Counted from the first letter of the stretch, positions 11,627 to 22,550 are shown. The stretch is DNA of 64,000 bases from an uncultured bacterium (GCA_963732385.1 CAVSZB010000008.1:64001-128000), one strand, 5' to 3'. Notes: generated by a model not told the origin, from the letters alone. Numbers and translations: made by a program.

Positions 11627-12262
11627 TTGAACCTGGTCCTGGCCGGACCGCCGGGGAGCGGCAAGGGGACGCATGCGGCGCTGCTGGCGCAGGGCCGTTC
11701 GCTGCGACACATCTCCACCGGCGAACTGCTGCGCGGGGCCGTGGCGGGTGGGACGGACCTGGGATGGCAGGTAGAGGGGATCCTGGAGCGGGGCGAACTG
11801 GTGCCGGACAACCTGATGATGACCATCATCAGGGACTGTCTGGCCGGCAGCGGCGGCGGCTGGCTGCTGGACGGTTTTCCGCGGACGGTGGCGCAGGCCG
11901 AGGCGCTGGTGCCCCTGCTGGCGGAACTGGACCAGCCGGTTGACATGGTGCTCGCGCTGCAGGTGCCGGACGACGAGATCGTGCGGCGGCTCGCGAGACG
12001 CCTCAACTGTGGCGGCTGCGGGCTGGTGACGGCGCAGGAACGCCTGAGCGCGGACGGGGGATGCCCCCGGTGCGGTGGCAAAGACCTGCGGGTGCGCGCG
12101 GATGACCGCGAGGAGACCGTGCGTAACCGTCTGACCGTCTACCGCGCGCAGACACAGCCGGCCCTGGAGATCCTGGGTCGATGTTATCCGCTGCGGTGGG
12201 TGGACGGACGCGGTGATGCCGCCGCGGTAGCTCAGAGGATTGCGGGTGTCCTGGAAGCATAG
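11627..12262 (+). CDS. adk: Adenylate kinase (Zn-binding LID)
   Basis: GPPGSGKGT, LDGFPRT, CGGC...CPRC LID, RADD. Confidence 0.97.
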   Translation: MNLVLAGPPGSGKGTHAALLAQGRSLRHISTGELLRGAVAGGTDLGWQVEGILERGELVPDNLMMTIIRDCLAGSGGGWLLDGFPRTVAQAEALVPLLAELDQPVDMVLALQVPDDEIVRRLARRLNCGGCGLVTAQERLSADGGCPRCGGKDLRVRADDREETVRNRLTVYRAQTQPALEILGRCYPLRWVDGRGDAAAVAQRIAGVLEA

Positions 12263-13010
12263 GATCCGGCTGAAGTCGCCCGCCGAACTGGAGATGATGG
12301 CCGCGAGCGCGCGGGTGTTGGCGGATGTGTTCCGCGCTCTGCCGCCGCTGGTGGTGCCGGGCGCCACGACCGGCGAGATTGACGCGGCGATCGAACGCAT
12401 GATCAGGGACGCCGGTTGTATCCCCTCGTTCAAGGGGTACAACGGCTTCCCGGCCGCGAGTTGCATCTCGGTCAACGACGTGGTGGTGCACGGCATACCC
12501 ACGGAGCTGGCCCTGGTCGAGGGTGATATCGTCGGGATCGACATCGGCCTGATCCGCGACGGGTATCATTCCGACTCGGCGGAGACGTTGCCGGTCGGTC
12601 GGATCGGCGATGACGCGGCCCGGTTGCTGCAGGTGACGCGCCAGTGTCTTGAGTTGGCGATTGGTGCGGTGCGGCCTGGCGCCAGGATTTCGGCGATCGG
12701 CGTGGTGGTCGAGGGGCACGCGCGGGCGAACGGGTTTTCGGTGGTGGAAACGCTCGTGGGACACGGTATCGGGCGGGAGATGCACGAGGATCCGCAGGTG
12801 CCGAATTACCGCAGTTTCGCCACTCCCGATCCGGTGATGGAGACCGGCCTGGTGATCGCGATCGAGCCGATGATCAACGCCGGCACCAAGCGCGTGGTGA
12901 CCGACGAGGACCAGTGGACGGTCCGGACGGCAGACGGGAAGTTGTCGGCGCACTTCGAGCACACGGTGGCTGTTGTTGCAGACGGCTCCTGGGTCCTGAC
13001 GCGGCGCTGA
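12246..13010 (+). CDS. map: Methionine aminopeptidase type I
   Basis: SVNDVVVHGIP, GHGIG, IEPMIN, SAHFEHT; GTG start after AGAGGA overlaps adk end. Confidence 0.97.
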   Translation: MSWKHRIRLKSPAELEMMAASARVLADVFRALPPLVVPGATTGEIDAAIERMIRDAGCIPSFKGYNGFPAASCISVNDVVVHGIPTELALVEGDIVGIDIGLIRDGYHSDSAETLPVGRIGDDAARLLQVTRQCLELAIGAVRPGARISAIGVVVEGHARANGFSVVETLVGHGIGREMHEDPQVPNYRSFATPDPVMETGLVIAIEPMINAGTKRVVTDEDQWTVRTADGKLSAHFEHTVAVVADGSWVLTRR

Positions 13011-13043
13011 CCCGGTCCGGCGCGGATTGCCAGAAGGGAACGC

Positions 13044-13265
13044 ATGGCCAAGGAAGAGGGCATCAGCGTCGAGGGAACGGTTGTCGAGGCCCTGCCGAAT
13101 GCGATGTTCAGGGTCGAGCTCGACAACAACAAGCACGTGGTCCTGGCGCACGTCTCGGGCAAGATGCGCATGCATTTCATCCGCATCCTGCCGGGCGACA
13201 AGGTGACGGTGGAGCTTTCCCCGTACGACCTGACGCGGGGCCGGATCACGTATCGCTACAAGTGA
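13044..13265 (+). CDS. infA: Translation initiation factor IF-1
   Basis: [20 protein letters not shown]. Confidence 0.99.
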   Translation: MAKEEGISVEGTVVEALPNAMFRVELDNNKHVVLAHVSGKMRMHFIRILPGDKVTVELSPYDLTRGRITYRYK

Positions 13266-13299
13266 CGCTCGCCCCAGCGGGCGGCGCCAAGGAGACGTC

Positions 13300-13413
13300 A
13301 TGAAGGTTCGCGCATCGGTACGCAAGATCTGTCCGAAGTGCAAGGTTCTCCGGCGCAAGGGCGTCGTGCGGGTCATCTGCCTGAATCGGCGGCACAACCA
13401 GCGCCAGGGCTAG
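13300..13413 (+). CDS. rpmJ: 50S ribosomal protein L36 (not in ORF track)
   Basis: Manual translation [46 protein letters not shown]. Confidence 0.98.
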   Translation: MKVRASVRKICPKCKVLRRKGVVRVICLNRRHNQRQG

Positions 13414-13467
13414 GCTGACGGCCACGCCGGGAGCGACCGGCTGGCGGCGGGTACGAAAGGAGCCGAA

Positions 13468-13839
13468 GTGGCCAGAATCGCGGGTGTAGACATTCCGAAC
13501 GAGAAGCGCGTAGCAACCTCGCTGACCTATATTTTCGGGGTGGGTCAGCACCGTGCCCTGCAGATCTGCGAGAAGGCCGGGATCAGTCCCGACACGCGGA
13601 CGCGCGACCTTACCGAGGAGGAGTCCCGCAAGATCATCGGGATTCTCGACAAGGACTATCAGGTCGAGGGGACGCTGCGAACCGAAGTGGCCATGAACGT
13701 TCAGCGTCTCATGGACATTGGTTGCTACCGCGGCTTGCGGCATCGGCGCAAGCTTCCCTGTCGCGGGCAGAACACCAAGAACAACGCCCGCACTCGCAAG
13801 GGACCGCGAGCCCGGCCCGGCAGCAAGAAGAAGGCTTAA
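13468..13839 (+). CDS. rpsM: 30S ribosomal protein S13
   Basis: [24 protein letters not shown]. Confidence 0.99.
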   Translation: MARIAGVDIPNEKRVATSLTYIFGVGQHRALQICEKAGISPDTRTRDLTEEESRKIIGILDKDYQVEGTLRTEVAMNVQRLMDIGCYRGLRHRRKLPCRGQNTKNNARTRKGPRARPGSKKKA

Positions 13840-13851
13840 GGAGGATCCGGC

Positions 13852-14253
13852 GTGGCGAATCCCAAGGAAAAGAAGGCCAAGGGCCGCAAGACGCGCAAGA
13901 AGCTCGACGCCATCGGCGTGGCGCATGTGAAGTCGAGCTTCAACAATACCCTCGTGACGATCACCGACCTCAACGGGAACGTGATTACGTGGTCGTCCGG
14001 CGGGCACCAGGGGCGTTACAAGGGCAGTCGCAAGTCGACCGCCTTTGCCGCTCAGCTGGCTGCGCGGTTCTGCGCCCAGGAGGTTCTGAACCAGGGCATG
14101 AAGAAGGTCGAGGTGTGGGTGAAGGGTCCCGGCTCCGGCCGCGAAGCCGCCATCCGCAGCCTCAAGGCGGAGGGCCTGGAGGTCAGCCGCGTGAAGGACG
14201 TGACGGCGGTGCCGCACAACGGCTGCCGGCCGAAGAAGCGTCGTCGACTGTAG
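13852..14253 (+). CDS. rpsK: 30S ribosomal protein S11
   Basis: [21 protein letters not shown]. Confidence 0.99.
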   Translation: MANPKEKKAKGRKTRKKLDAIGVAHVKSSFNNTLVTITDLNGNVITWSSGGHQGRYKGSRKSTAFAAQLAARFCAQEVLNQGMKKVEVWVKGPGSGREAAIRSLKAEGLEVSRVKDVTAVPHNGCRPKKRRRL

Positions 14254-14319
14254 TACCATCTACCGGGAGAAGCGTCGGGATATGAGGAGCCCGGCGCCCT
14301 CACCAGGAGGTTCCAGCGA

Positions 14320-14952
14320 ATGGCCAGGTACACTGAGGCCAAGTGCAAACTTTGCCGCCGCGAGGGGATGAAGCTGTTCCTCAAGGGCGAGCGCTGCTAC
14401 ACGGACCGCTGCGCTATCGAGCGCAGACCTTACGGCCCGGGTCAGCATGGACGCCGCCGTGGGCGTAAACCCTCGGACTACAAACTGCAACTCAGAGAGA
14501 AGCAGAAAGTCCGGTCGATTTACGGCCTTCTGGAACGGCAGTTCCGCAACTACTTTACCGAGGCTGAGCGCCGCACGGGCGTCACGGGTTCCAACCTGTT
14601 CACCCTGCTCGAGAAGCGGCTGGACAACATCGTCTACCGCATGGGCTTCGCGCCGTCGCGGTCGGCTGCCCGGCAGCTCGTGCGTCACAAGCATGTGACG
14701 GTGAACGGCGAGGCATGCGACATACCGAGCTACTCGGTTCGCGTCGGACAGGTTGTTTCCGTGCGCGAGAAGAGCCGCAACATCCCGATGGTGGTCGCTG
14801 CGCTTAAGGACAGGGCAAAGCGCGATCGACTTTCCTTCGTGGACGTCGACGACAAGAAGATGGAGGGTCGATTGGTGCAGGAGCCGCAGATGAGCGACCT
14901 GCCCATCCCGATCCAGGAGAATCTGATCGTCGAGCTGTACTCGAAGGTCTGA
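14320..14952 (+). CDS. rpsD: 30S ribosomal protein S4
   Basis: [26 protein letters not shown]. Confidence 0.99.
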   Translation: MARYTEAKCKLCRREGMKLFLKGERCYTDRCAIERRPYGPGQHGRRRGRKPSDYKLQLREKQKVRSIYGLLERQFRNYFTEAERRTGVTGSNLFTLLEKRLDNIVYRMGFAPSRSAARQLVRHKHVTVNGEACDIPSYSVRVGQVVSVREKSRNIPMVVAALKDRAKRDRLSFVDVDDKKMEGRLVQEPQMSDLPIPIQENLIVELYSKV

Positions 14953-14986
14953 GTCGGCGCTCGCCAGGGAAGGGGATGTCGGTACC

Positions 14987-15985
14987 ATGAAGTGGATCAA
15001 TATGATGATGCCGGATGGCGTCAAGGTAGCTCGCGAGACGCAGACCGATTCGTTCGCGGAGCTCACGCTCGCCCCTCTGGAGCGGGGATTCGGGCACACG
15101 CTGGGCAGTGCCCTGCGGCGCACGCTGCTCTCCTCGATCCACGGGCACGCCGTTACGGCCGTGCAGCTGGATGGCGTCAAGCACGAGTTGAGCACGCTGC
15201 CGAACGTCCTCGAGGACGTCACGGATATCGTGCTGAACTGCAAGCAGATCGTGTTCGCGCTTTCCGATCTGCCGTCGCACTGGGCGGTGATCGAGGCCGC
15301 GAAGCCGGGGCCGGTCACGGCAGGCCGGATCAACGGCCATCCGGAGTTGAAGATCTGCAATCCCGATCATGTGATCTGCACGATCACGGAGCCCGGATCG
15401 TTCCGGCTGCGGCTGTATGTGGATACGGGTCGCGGGTATGTCGAGCGCGAGTCGCACGCCATTCCGGACGAAGTCATCGGTGTCATCCGCCTGGACGCGA
15501 ACTTTTCGCCCATTCGGAAGGTCAGCTACAGGGTTGAGGACACGCGTGTCGGTCAGCGCACGGATTACGACAAGCTGGTCATGAGCATCACGACCGACGG
15601 CAGCGTGCGTCCGGAGGACGCCGTCGGCTTCGCGTCGAAGCTGCTGAAGGACCAGTTGCAGATGTTCATCAATTTCGACGAAGCGCCCATCGATGCCCAG
15701 GAGACGATCGTCGATGAGGAGCAGCAGCGCCTGGTGGAGCTGCTGTGCCGCAACGTCGAGGAACTGGAGCTGTCCGTCCGCTCAGCGAACTGCCTCAAGG
15801 CGGGCAAGATCCTCACCCTGTACGACCTCGTAACGAGGACCGAGCAGGAGATGCTCAAGTTCCGCAACTTCGGCCGCAAGAGCCTGAATGAAATTCAGGA
15901 GATCATAACGGGCATGGACCTGGGCTTCGGCATGGTCTTCCCGTCCGAGATCGCGGACCGGGTGGCGGGCAGGGCCGGCAACTGA
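14987..15985 (+). CDS. rpoA: RNA polymerase alpha subunit
   Basis: PLERGFGHTLG, RVGQRTDYDKL, LSVRSANCL, RNFGRKSL. Confidence 0.99.
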   Translation: MKWINMMMPDGVKVARETQTDSFAELTLAPLERGFGHTLGSALRRTLLSSIHGHAVTAVQLDGVKHELSTLPNVLEDVTDIVLNCKQIVFALSDLPSHWAVIEAAKPGPVTAGRINGHPELKICNPDHVICTITEPGSFRLRLYVDTGRGYVERESHAIPDEVIGVIRLDANFSPIRKVSYRVEDTRVGQRTDYDKLVMSITTDGSVRPEDAVGFASKLLKDQLQMFINFDEAPIDAQETIVDEEQQRLVELLCRNVEELELSVRSANCLKAGKILTLYDLVTRTEQEMLKFRNFGRKSLNEIQEIITGMDLGFGMVFPSEIADRVAGRAGN

Positions 15986-16049
15986 ACCGGCGGTAGCGCC
16001 GCCACAGGCAGGCGCCGGGGTACGATGCCCGGCGCGGAGGAAGCGAAAC

Positions 16050-16556
16050 ATGCGCCATCAAGTCAGAGGACGGAAATTCAGCCGGACCAAGGCCCATCGC
16101 GGCATGATGTTCCGCAACATGGTGACCGCCCTGTTCCGGCACGAACGTATCCAGACCACGACGCCCAAGGCCAAGGAGGCCCGGGCGCTGGCGGAACGTC
16201 TGATCACGTATGCCAAGGCCGGCGACCTTAACTCGCGCCGGCTGGCGGCCCGCAAGCTCACCGATCCCGAGGTGCTGCAGAAGCTGTTTGCCGAGATCGG
16301 GCCGCGCTACGCGGATCGTCCGGGCGGTTACACTCGCGTTCTGCGCCTGGACGGACTGCGCAAGGGGGACGCCGCCGAAGTGGCGATCCTCGAGCTGGTC
16401 GGCAACAAGATGAAGCCGAAGGTGCGCGACACCGCCCAACGCAAACAGCGTCGCCGCATCCTGAAGGCCGAAGAGGCCGCCGCGGCGCTCGCGCCGCCGG
16501 CCGAGGCCAGAGCGAAGGACAAGCCCGACGTGGAGGGCGCCGAAGACGGCAAGTAA
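16050..16556 (+). CDS. rplQ: 50S ribosomal protein L17
   Basis: MRH..., ERIQTT, RPGGYTRV. Confidence 0.98.
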   Translation: MRHQVRGRKFSRTKAHRGMMFRNMVTALFRHERIQTTTPKAKEARALAERLITYAKAGDLNSRRLAARKLTDPEVLQKLFAEIGPRYADRPGGYTRVLRLDGLRKGDAAEVAILELVGNKMKPKVRDTAQRKQRRRILKAEEAAAALAPPAEARAKDKPDVEGAEDGK

Positions 16557-16588
16557 CCGGGCGGCTGTGCAACGCCGCCGCGGGAAGG

Positions 16589-16626
16589 ACGGGTCTCCGG
16601 GTCGCACCGGAGACCCGTTGTCATTT
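16589..16626 (+). terminator. Probable intrinsic terminator after the ribosomal superoperon
   Basis: 12-bp perfect stem ACGGGTCTCCGG / CCGGAGACCCGT, followed by a weakly T-rich tail. Confidence 0.6.
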
Positions 16627-16747
16627 GCGCGCCCTGCCCGCCACCGCGAACGGCCGCAGCCCGGGGTTGATCGCGGGCCTCCCGTCCCCTACCTTTCGAA
16701 TCATCCGTACTGGTTCCGGGCCTCCGCTTTGACGCAAAGGATTGCGC

Positions 16748-17755
16748 ATGTCTTCTCGCACGCTGCTTACCGCCGGGATCACCGGCGTCGGCATGGACTT
16801 CCCCGCGCGTCGGCTCACCAACGCCGATCTGGAAAGAATGGTGGAGACGAGCGAGTCCTGGATCACGGAGCGCACCGGCATCAAGGAGCGGCGTATCGTG
16901 GAGCCGGGCGTGGGGGCGTCGCACCACGGCGCGGAGGCGGCCCGCAAGGCGCTCGCGCATGCCGGGCTGACCCCCGCGGACGTCGATCTGATCATCGTGC
17001 CCACGGTCACGCCTGACATGATGTTTCCCGCCACCGCGTGCCTCATCCAGGAAAAGCTGGGCGCCACGCAGGCCTGGGGTTTCGACGTGAGCGCCGCCTG
17101 CAGCGGCTTCGTTTTCGCGCTGCAGGCCGCGCGCGCGCAGGTGGAGGCGGGCGCCAGCCGTTGCGCGCTGGTCATCGGCACCGAAGTCATGTCCTCCATC
17201 GTCGACTATCGGGACCGCAATGTCTGCGTGCTGTTCGGTGACGGCGCGGGCGCCGTAGTGGTGCAGCCGGTGCCGGCCGAGGCCGGCGGTCTCATCGACG
17301 GCATCAACTTCATCGACGGCAGCGGTGGGCGATATCTGAACATGCCGGGCGGTGGCAGCCTGAATCCGCCGACGCACGAGACCGTGGACGCCAACATGCA
17401 CTTCATCCACCAGGAAGGGCGTGAGGTCTTCAAGTACGCGGTGAAGGGAATGGCCTCTGTCACCACCTCCCTGCTCGATCGCAACGGCGTTTCGGCCGAC
17501 AAGGTCGCGCTGTTCGTGCCGCATCAGGCGAACATGCGTATCATCGAATCGGTGAGGGAGCGACTCGGCCTGACCCCCGAGCAGGTCATGATCACCATCG
17601 ATCGCTTCGGGAACACGACGTCGGCCAGCATCCCCTCGGCGCTGCGCGTGGCCTGCGACGAAGGGCGCCTGAAGCGGGGAGACACGGTCCTGCTCTGCAG
17701 CTTCGGCGCCGGCTGGACTTGGGGAGCGACGCTGTTGCGCTGGACGGCTGACTGA
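16748..17755 (+). CDS. fabH: Beta-ketoacyl-ACP synthase III
   Basis: AACSGF catalytic Cys, PHQAN, GNTTSAS, FGAGWTWG. Confidence 0.95.
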   Translation: MSSRTLLTAGITGVGMDFPARRLTNADLERMVETSESWITERTGIKERRIVEPGVGASHHGAEAARKALAHAGLTPADVDLIIVPTVTPDMMFPATACLIQEKLGATQAWGFDVSAACSGFVFALQAARAQVEAGASRCALVIGTEVMSSIVDYRDRNVCVLFGDGAGAVVVQPVPAEAGGLIDGINFIDGSGGRYLNMPGGGSLNPPTHETVDANMHFIHQEGREVFKYAVKGMASVTTSLLDRNGVSADKVALFVPHQANMRIIESVRERLGLTPEQVMITIDRFGNTTSASIPSALRVACDEGRLKRGDTVLLCSFGAGWTWGATLLRWTAD

Positions 17756-17775
17756 AACACCGCCCCGGAGGGAAC

Positions 17776-18759
17776 ATGATCGAAGTCACGGGCCTCGGGC
17801 GGCGCTTCGGAGTTGTGGAGGCCCTCCGGAATCTCTCCTTCGCGGTCGCGCCGGGCGAGATCGTCGGCTTTCTCGGCCCCAACGGCGCCGGTAAGACCAC
17901 CGTCATGCGCATTTTGACCTGCACCCTGCCGCCCACGGTGGGGCGGGCGACGGTGGCCGGCCACGATATCGTGACCGAGGCGCTTGCTGTGCGGCGGCGG
18001 ATCGGCTTCATGCCGGAAAATGTCCCACTCTACACCGATTGCACGGTCGATGAACTGCTGCGCCTCGTGGCGCGCCTCAAGGAGGTGCCGGCACGGACGA
18101 TGGCTGCGGCGGTCGATGGCGTGGTGCGGCGCGCCGGCCTGAGCGAGGTGCGCAGCCGTCTGGTGGGCCACCTGTCCAAGGGTTTCCGCCAGCGGGTGGG
18201 GGTCGCGCAGGCGTTGCTCGGGGATCCGCCGGTTCTGATCCTCGACGAGCCGTCGAGCGGGCTCGATCCGCAGCAGATCGTGGAGATCCGCGAGTTGATC
18301 CGGGGCTTCGCCGGGGAAAAGACGGTGTTGCTCTCCAGCCACATCCTCAACGAGGTGAGCCTGATCTGCGGTCGGGTGCTGATCCTGGACAGGGGTCGAC
18401 TGGTCGGCGAGGCGGATCCGCGCAGTCTGGCCCCGCGGCTCGACGGCCGACCCCGCGTCGCGGTGGACTGGGACGGACCGCGGGAGGTCGTCAGGGCCGC
18501 TCTGGCCGTGGTGCGCGGCGTGATCTCGGTCGTGCCGGTGGACAGCGGCGCCGAGGTGACGCTCGACCGTGACCCTGAAACGGTTCGTCCCGATCTTGCG
18601 GCGGCCGTGATCGGCGCCGGGGGCCGTCTCCAGCGCATGGAGGATCGAGGGGCCACGTTGGAGGAGCTGTTCCTGAGCCTGACCGCGGGGCGGGGCGTGC
18701 CGGGGGCGGCGCCTTCGACTCCCCCGCTCGCAGGCAACGGCAGGGAGGCCGCACCGTGA
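17776..18759 (+). CDS. ABC transporter ATP-binding protein (GldA-like)
   Basis: GPNGAGKTT, LSKGFRQR, ILDEP, SSHIL. Confidence 0.92.
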   Translation: MIEVTGLGRRFGVVEALRNLSFAVAPGEIVGFLGPNGAGKTTVMRILTCTLPPTVGRATVAGHDIVTEALAVRRRIGFMPENVPLYTDCTVDELLRLVARLKEVPARTMAAAVDGVVRRAGLSEVRSRLVGHLSKGFRQRVGVAQALLGDPPVLILDEPSSGLDPQQIVEIRELIRGFAGEKTVLLSSHILNEVSLICGRVLILDRGRLVGEADPRSLAPRLDGRPRVAVDWDGPREVVRAALAVVRGVISVVPVDSGAEVTLDRDPETVRPDLAAAVIGAGGRLQRMEDRGATLEELFLSLTAGRGVPGAAPSTPPLAGNGREAAP

Positions 18760-20987
18760 GGCAACTGCTTGCCATCGCCCGGCGCGAAATCGGCGCCTTT
18801 TTCCGCAGCGCCATGGCGCCGGTCGTCGTGACGTGCTTCCTGCTGCTTACCGGACTCTTCTTCACGCTGATCGTTTTCGGCTACAGCCAGCTCTCGGCGG
18901 AGGCCCAGCGTTCCGGGCGGCTGGGGGAAGTGGTCCTCAATCTCGCCGACGGCGTCTTCCAGCCGCTCTCGGTGAACATCTCCGTCTTCCTGATCTTTCT
19001 GCTGCCGGCCGTGACGATGCGCCTGTTCGCCGAAGAGTATCGCTCGGGTCGCTATGACCTGATCATGTCGTGGCCGGTGGCGGACCATGTCTGGGTGCTG
19101 GGCAAGTTCGCCGCCGCCGTGACGGTGATGCTCACGCTCGTGGCTGGTGCCTCCGCGCACATCGCGGCCGCCGCCGCGCTCGGCCGGATCGAGAGCGGCC
19201 CGCTGCTGGCGGCCGGCCTTGGGCTGCTGCTCGCGGCCACGCTCAATGCCGCGTGGGGGGTCTTCTTCTCGACCCTGCTGCCGTACCAGGTGGTAGCCTA
19301 CATCCTGACCTTTGGTTTCCTGCTCCTGCTCTACGCGATCGGAGGCCTCGAACCGCACCTGCCGGGCGCGCTGGGGCGGCTGGCCTCCAACCTGTCCCTT
19401 CCCGGGCACTTCCACCGGTTCTCGCGCGGCATCATCGACAGCCGGGACCTCTACTACTTCCTGGCCTGGACCGGTCTCGGTCTGGCGGCCGCCTCCGCGT
19501 CGCTCGGAGGGCGGCGGCTGGCCGGCGCGGGCCGGCTGGCGCGCTGGTTGCCGGTGGTCGTGTCGGCCGCGCTGCTGCTGGTCGTGGGCGCCCTCGTCGA
19601 GCGTCACGCCTGGAGCGCGGACCTGACCAGCAATCACCGGTTCAGTCCGGCGCCCCAGACCGTCCGCATCATGCAGGACCTGCCCGCCGAAGTGCGCGTG
19701 TACGCCTTCTATCAGCGGCTCGATCCCCGTCGCAAGGCGGCTGAAGTGCTGCTCAGCGCTTTTGGCGATCGCAGCGGTCGCTTCCGCTTCGAATTCGTCG
19801 ATCCGGACCGCGATCTCGCGCTTGTCGAGCGCTACCGCATCACCTCCGGGGGCACCATGGTCGTCGAGGTGGAGGGGCGGCAGCGGACGCTCTTCAACCC
19901 CGACGAAGCGTCCCTCGTCAACACGATCTACCGCCTGGTCACCGCCACGCAGCCGGTCATCTACTACGTGGTCGGACACGGCGAGCATCGGCTCGACAGC
20001 GACGATCGCGGCGGCTACAGCGCCCTGGTGCGGGCGCTGCAGTCCCAGGGCTACGAACTGCGCCAGTTGTTGCTGGTCGACGGCCCGCTGGTGCCTCCCG
20101 ACGCTGCGGCGGTCGTGCTGGCGGCCCCCAAGGTCGAGCTGTCGCCGTCCGAACTGGAGGCTTTGCGCCGCTACCTCCGCGACGGCGGATCGTGCCTGGC
20201 GCTGCTGGACCCCGGCACGCCGCGCGGCGTGGCCGACTGGCTGGTCGGATACAACGTGAGCCTGGGCAACGACTACCTGGTCACGGCGAGCGGCGTGGGC
20301 GAGGGACTCGGTTTCGACGCCCGCGTGGTCGTGGTCCAGGAGAATTACGGCAATCATGAGATCACGCGTGGCCTCGAAGGTATCGCCACCTTCTTCCCCT
20401 TCGCCCAGTCGATCCGCCCGGCGTATCCCGGCGTCCGTGGGCTCGGCGCCCGCACGATTCTGAGCACCGGTCCGCGCAGCTGGGCCGACCACGATTCCAG
20501 CACCATCGCCGCCGGCCGCCCACGCTACGACGAAGGGGTGGATCGCCCCGGCCCGCTCGATCTCGGCGTGGCGATCGAACTGGAGCGATCTGTCTTCTTC
20601 GGTGACGGTGGCATCCTGCCGGTGGCACGGCCGTCCGCGCCGGGGTCGGCCGCGCCGGCCCAGGCCGAGAATGGGGCGGCACGCAGCCCCGGCTCGGTTT
20701 TCAGCCGAGCCGCCACCGCTCGGCTCGTGGTTGTCGGCGACTCCGATTTCGCCGCGAACGCGAATATCGATCTCTACGGCAACCGCGATCTGCTGCTGAA
20801 CATGCTGAGCTGGCTGGCGCGCGAGCAGACCCTGATCGCCCTGCGGGCCCGGACCGAAATCAGCCAGCCGCGTGTCCTTTCGGTACGTGAACACCATCTG
20901 ATCGCCTGGGGCGGCATCATAGTCTGGCCGCTGCTGGTGGGCTTGGCGAGCGCGATCATGGTCGTGCGGCGCCGGCGCGCCGGCTAG
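18756..20987 (+). CDS. Fused ABC-2 permease / GldG-like auxiliary protein (GldF-GldG type)
   Basis: N-terminal TM permease (TMRLFAEE), then DLT..FS, GHGE, VVGDSDF motifs and C-terminal TM. Confidence 0.85.
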   Translation: MRQLLAIARREIGAFFRSAMAPVVVTCFLLLTGLFFTLIVFGYSQLSAEAQRSGRLGEVVLNLADGVFQPLSVNISVFLIFLLPAVTMRLFAEEYRSGRYDLIMSWPVADHVWVLGKFAAAVTVMLTLVAGASAHIAAAAALGRIESGPLLAAGLGLLLAATLNAAWGVFFSTLLPYQVVAYILTFGFLLLLYAIGGLEPHLPGALGRLASNLSLPGHFHRFSRGIIDSRDLYYFLAWTGLGLAAASASLGGRRLAGAGRLARWLPVVVSAALLLVVGALVERHAWSADLTSNHRFSPAPQTVRIMQDLPAEVRVYAFYQRLDPRRKAAEVLLSAFGDRSGRFRFEFVDPDRDLALVERYRITSGGTMVVEVEGRQRTLFNPDEASLVNTIYRLVTATQPVIYYVVGHGEHRLDSDDRGGYSALVRALQSQGYELRQLLLVDGPLVPPDAAAVVLAAPKVELSPSELEALRRYLRDGGSCLALLDPGTPRGVADWLVGYNVSLGNDYLVTASGVGEGLGFDARVVVVQENYGNHEITRGLEGIATFFPFAQSIRPAYPGVRGLGARTILSTGPRSWADHDSSTIAAGRPRYDEGVDRPGPLDLGVAIELERSVFFGDGGILPVARPSAPGSAAPAQAENGAARSPGSVFSRAATARLVVVGDSDFAANANIDLYGNRDLLLNMLSWLAREQTLIALRARTEISQPRVLSVREHHLIAWGGIIVWPLLVGLASAIMVVRRRRAG

Positions 20988-20997
20988 GCGGCGCGCC

Positions 20998-22518
20998 ATG
21001 CCTCGCCGGAGCGTCGACCTGCCGCGCAGTCTCCTGCCCTTGGCGGTGCTGTTGGCGGTGGCCGGGGGGTGGCTGCTGCTGGATGGGCGGGGGCGCCCGA
21101 CCGACGGCGATGCGGAAGCATCGCGGGGCCCCGACGGTGCGGAGATCAGGCTCGTCCCCTTCACGCCGGCCGACATCGCCCTGATCGAGGTCGATCGTAC
21201 CGCTGGCGTTCTTGCGCTCGCTCGCGGTGACGCCGGAGTCTGGCGCTTCACCCGTGGTTGCGACGATCGCGCCGACGATGCCGCCGTTATGGAACTCGCG
21301 GGGAACATCGTCGAGAGCAGCGCCTCATCTTTGCTGGCGGAGACGGCGGCCGGGGAGGAGGCGGCGCGGTTCGGCCTGAGCGGCGACGATGCCGTGACTC
21401 TCCGCGTGACCGCGCGCGACGGCCGCATGGCTGCCTGCACCGTGGGGCTGCGCAACCCCGTGCGGGCTGCCTGCTACGCCCTGATCGACGGTCGCCGCGG
21501 CACCTGGACCGTGCCATACACCCTGCGCGTGCGGCTGCTTTCCCTGCCTGACCTCGTGCGGTTGCGGCGGCTGTGGCCCGGCTTCGTTCCGGCGACGGTG
21601 GAGACGCTGGCGTTGCGGCCGGCCGGCGCCGTCGCCCCGGATCTTTTCGCCCGGGATGCCGCCGGAGACTGGTGGCTGCGAGTCCCGGCGGACGGAAGCG
21701 CGCGCGCCGGCGCGGTTTTCGCCGCCTATGCCCGCTTCTACGCCGACCGGGTGACGCGGCGTGATGGCGCCGACTGGTGGCGCGCGCAGGATCGCATCAT
21801 CGACAACCTGACGTTCCAGCTTGGCCAGGCCGACGTGAAACTGTTCGGTGCGCGTGAGGCGCCGGCGGAGACGTTGCGGGCCGCGGGACTGCTGCCGGCT
21901 CCGCTCTCGGTGCGGGTCGCCCTGCGGGACGGGCAGACGCTGCGCGTCGCGTTCGGCGTCGCGGACGGAGAAGGGAACCTGTACGCCCTCCGCGACGGAC
22001 GGCCGCATCTGCTGCGGGTCGGCGCGGCCATCGCCGGCGTTGTGGCGGCACCGCTGGCCGATTTCCTGCGCACCGATGCGCTGCCCTTCGCCCTGAGCGG
22101 GGCCGATTCGTTCACGTTGAATGACACGGTGCGGGCGACGGTGCGCGCCTGGCGACGCGACAAGGTCTGGTCGACCTCTCTGGTCCCGTTGCCAGGGGCC
22201 GGGCCGAGCGCGACCGATCTGGTGAAGGATCTCCTGATCGCCTTTGATCGGCTGCCGATCGTGCGCCCGCTTCCCCCGATGATGGCCGGAAGGGATCCGC
22301 TGGCGAGCGAGAGCCGTTTCGTCCTGACCGCCTGGCGCGCCGGCCGTCCGGTTCCGGACCTCGAGGCCCATTTCGGTCGGATGGGGGTCAGCGGTGACGC
22401 GGTTTCGGCGCCGGCGGCGCTCTGGATGCCGGCGACCGGCCAGCTGCTCATCGTGCCCGAGGAGATCGTCTTGAGCCTGCGCGCCCTGTTCCTGACTGCG
22501 GGCGGCGGCGCGAACTGA
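20998..22518 (+). CDS. DUF4340-like membrane-anchored periplasmic protein
   Basis: N-terminal TM, 'ARFGL' segment, typical position after a GldG-like gene. Confidence 0.6.
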   Translation: MPRRSVDLPRSLLPLAVLLAVAGGWLLLDGRGRPTDGDAEASRGPDGAEIRLVPFTPADIALIEVDRTAGVLALARGDAGVWRFTRGCDDRADDAAVMELAGNIVESSASSLLAETAAGEEAARFGLSGDDAVTLRVTARDGRMAACTVGLRNPVRAACYALIDGRRGTWTVPYTLRVRLLSLPDLVRLRRLWPGFVPATVETLALRPAGAVAPDLFARDAAGDWWLRVPADGSARAGAVFAAYARFYADRVTRRDGADWWRAQDRIIDNLTFQLGQADVKLFGAREAPAETLRAAGLLPAPLSVRVALRDGQTLRVAFGVADGEGNLYALRDGRPHLLRVGAAIAGVVAAPLADFLRTDALPFALSGADSFTLNDTVRATVRAWRRDKVWSTSLVPLPGAGPSATDLVKDLLIAFDRLPIVRPLPPMMAGRDPLASESRFVLTAWRAGRPVPDLEAHFGRMGVSGDAVSAPAALWMPATGQLLIVPEEIVLSLRALFLTAGGGAN

Positions 22519-22550
22519 CCCGGCCCGGCCACAAGACCTGTCCGAAACGC

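Noticed and set aside
18030..21455. 1141-aa antisense ORF, and similar long shadow ORFs (e.g. 10493-12544, 41625-43757, 50038-52071)
   Set aside because: They lie opposite well-supported genes and have no motifs; stop-poor shadow frames are expected at this GC content
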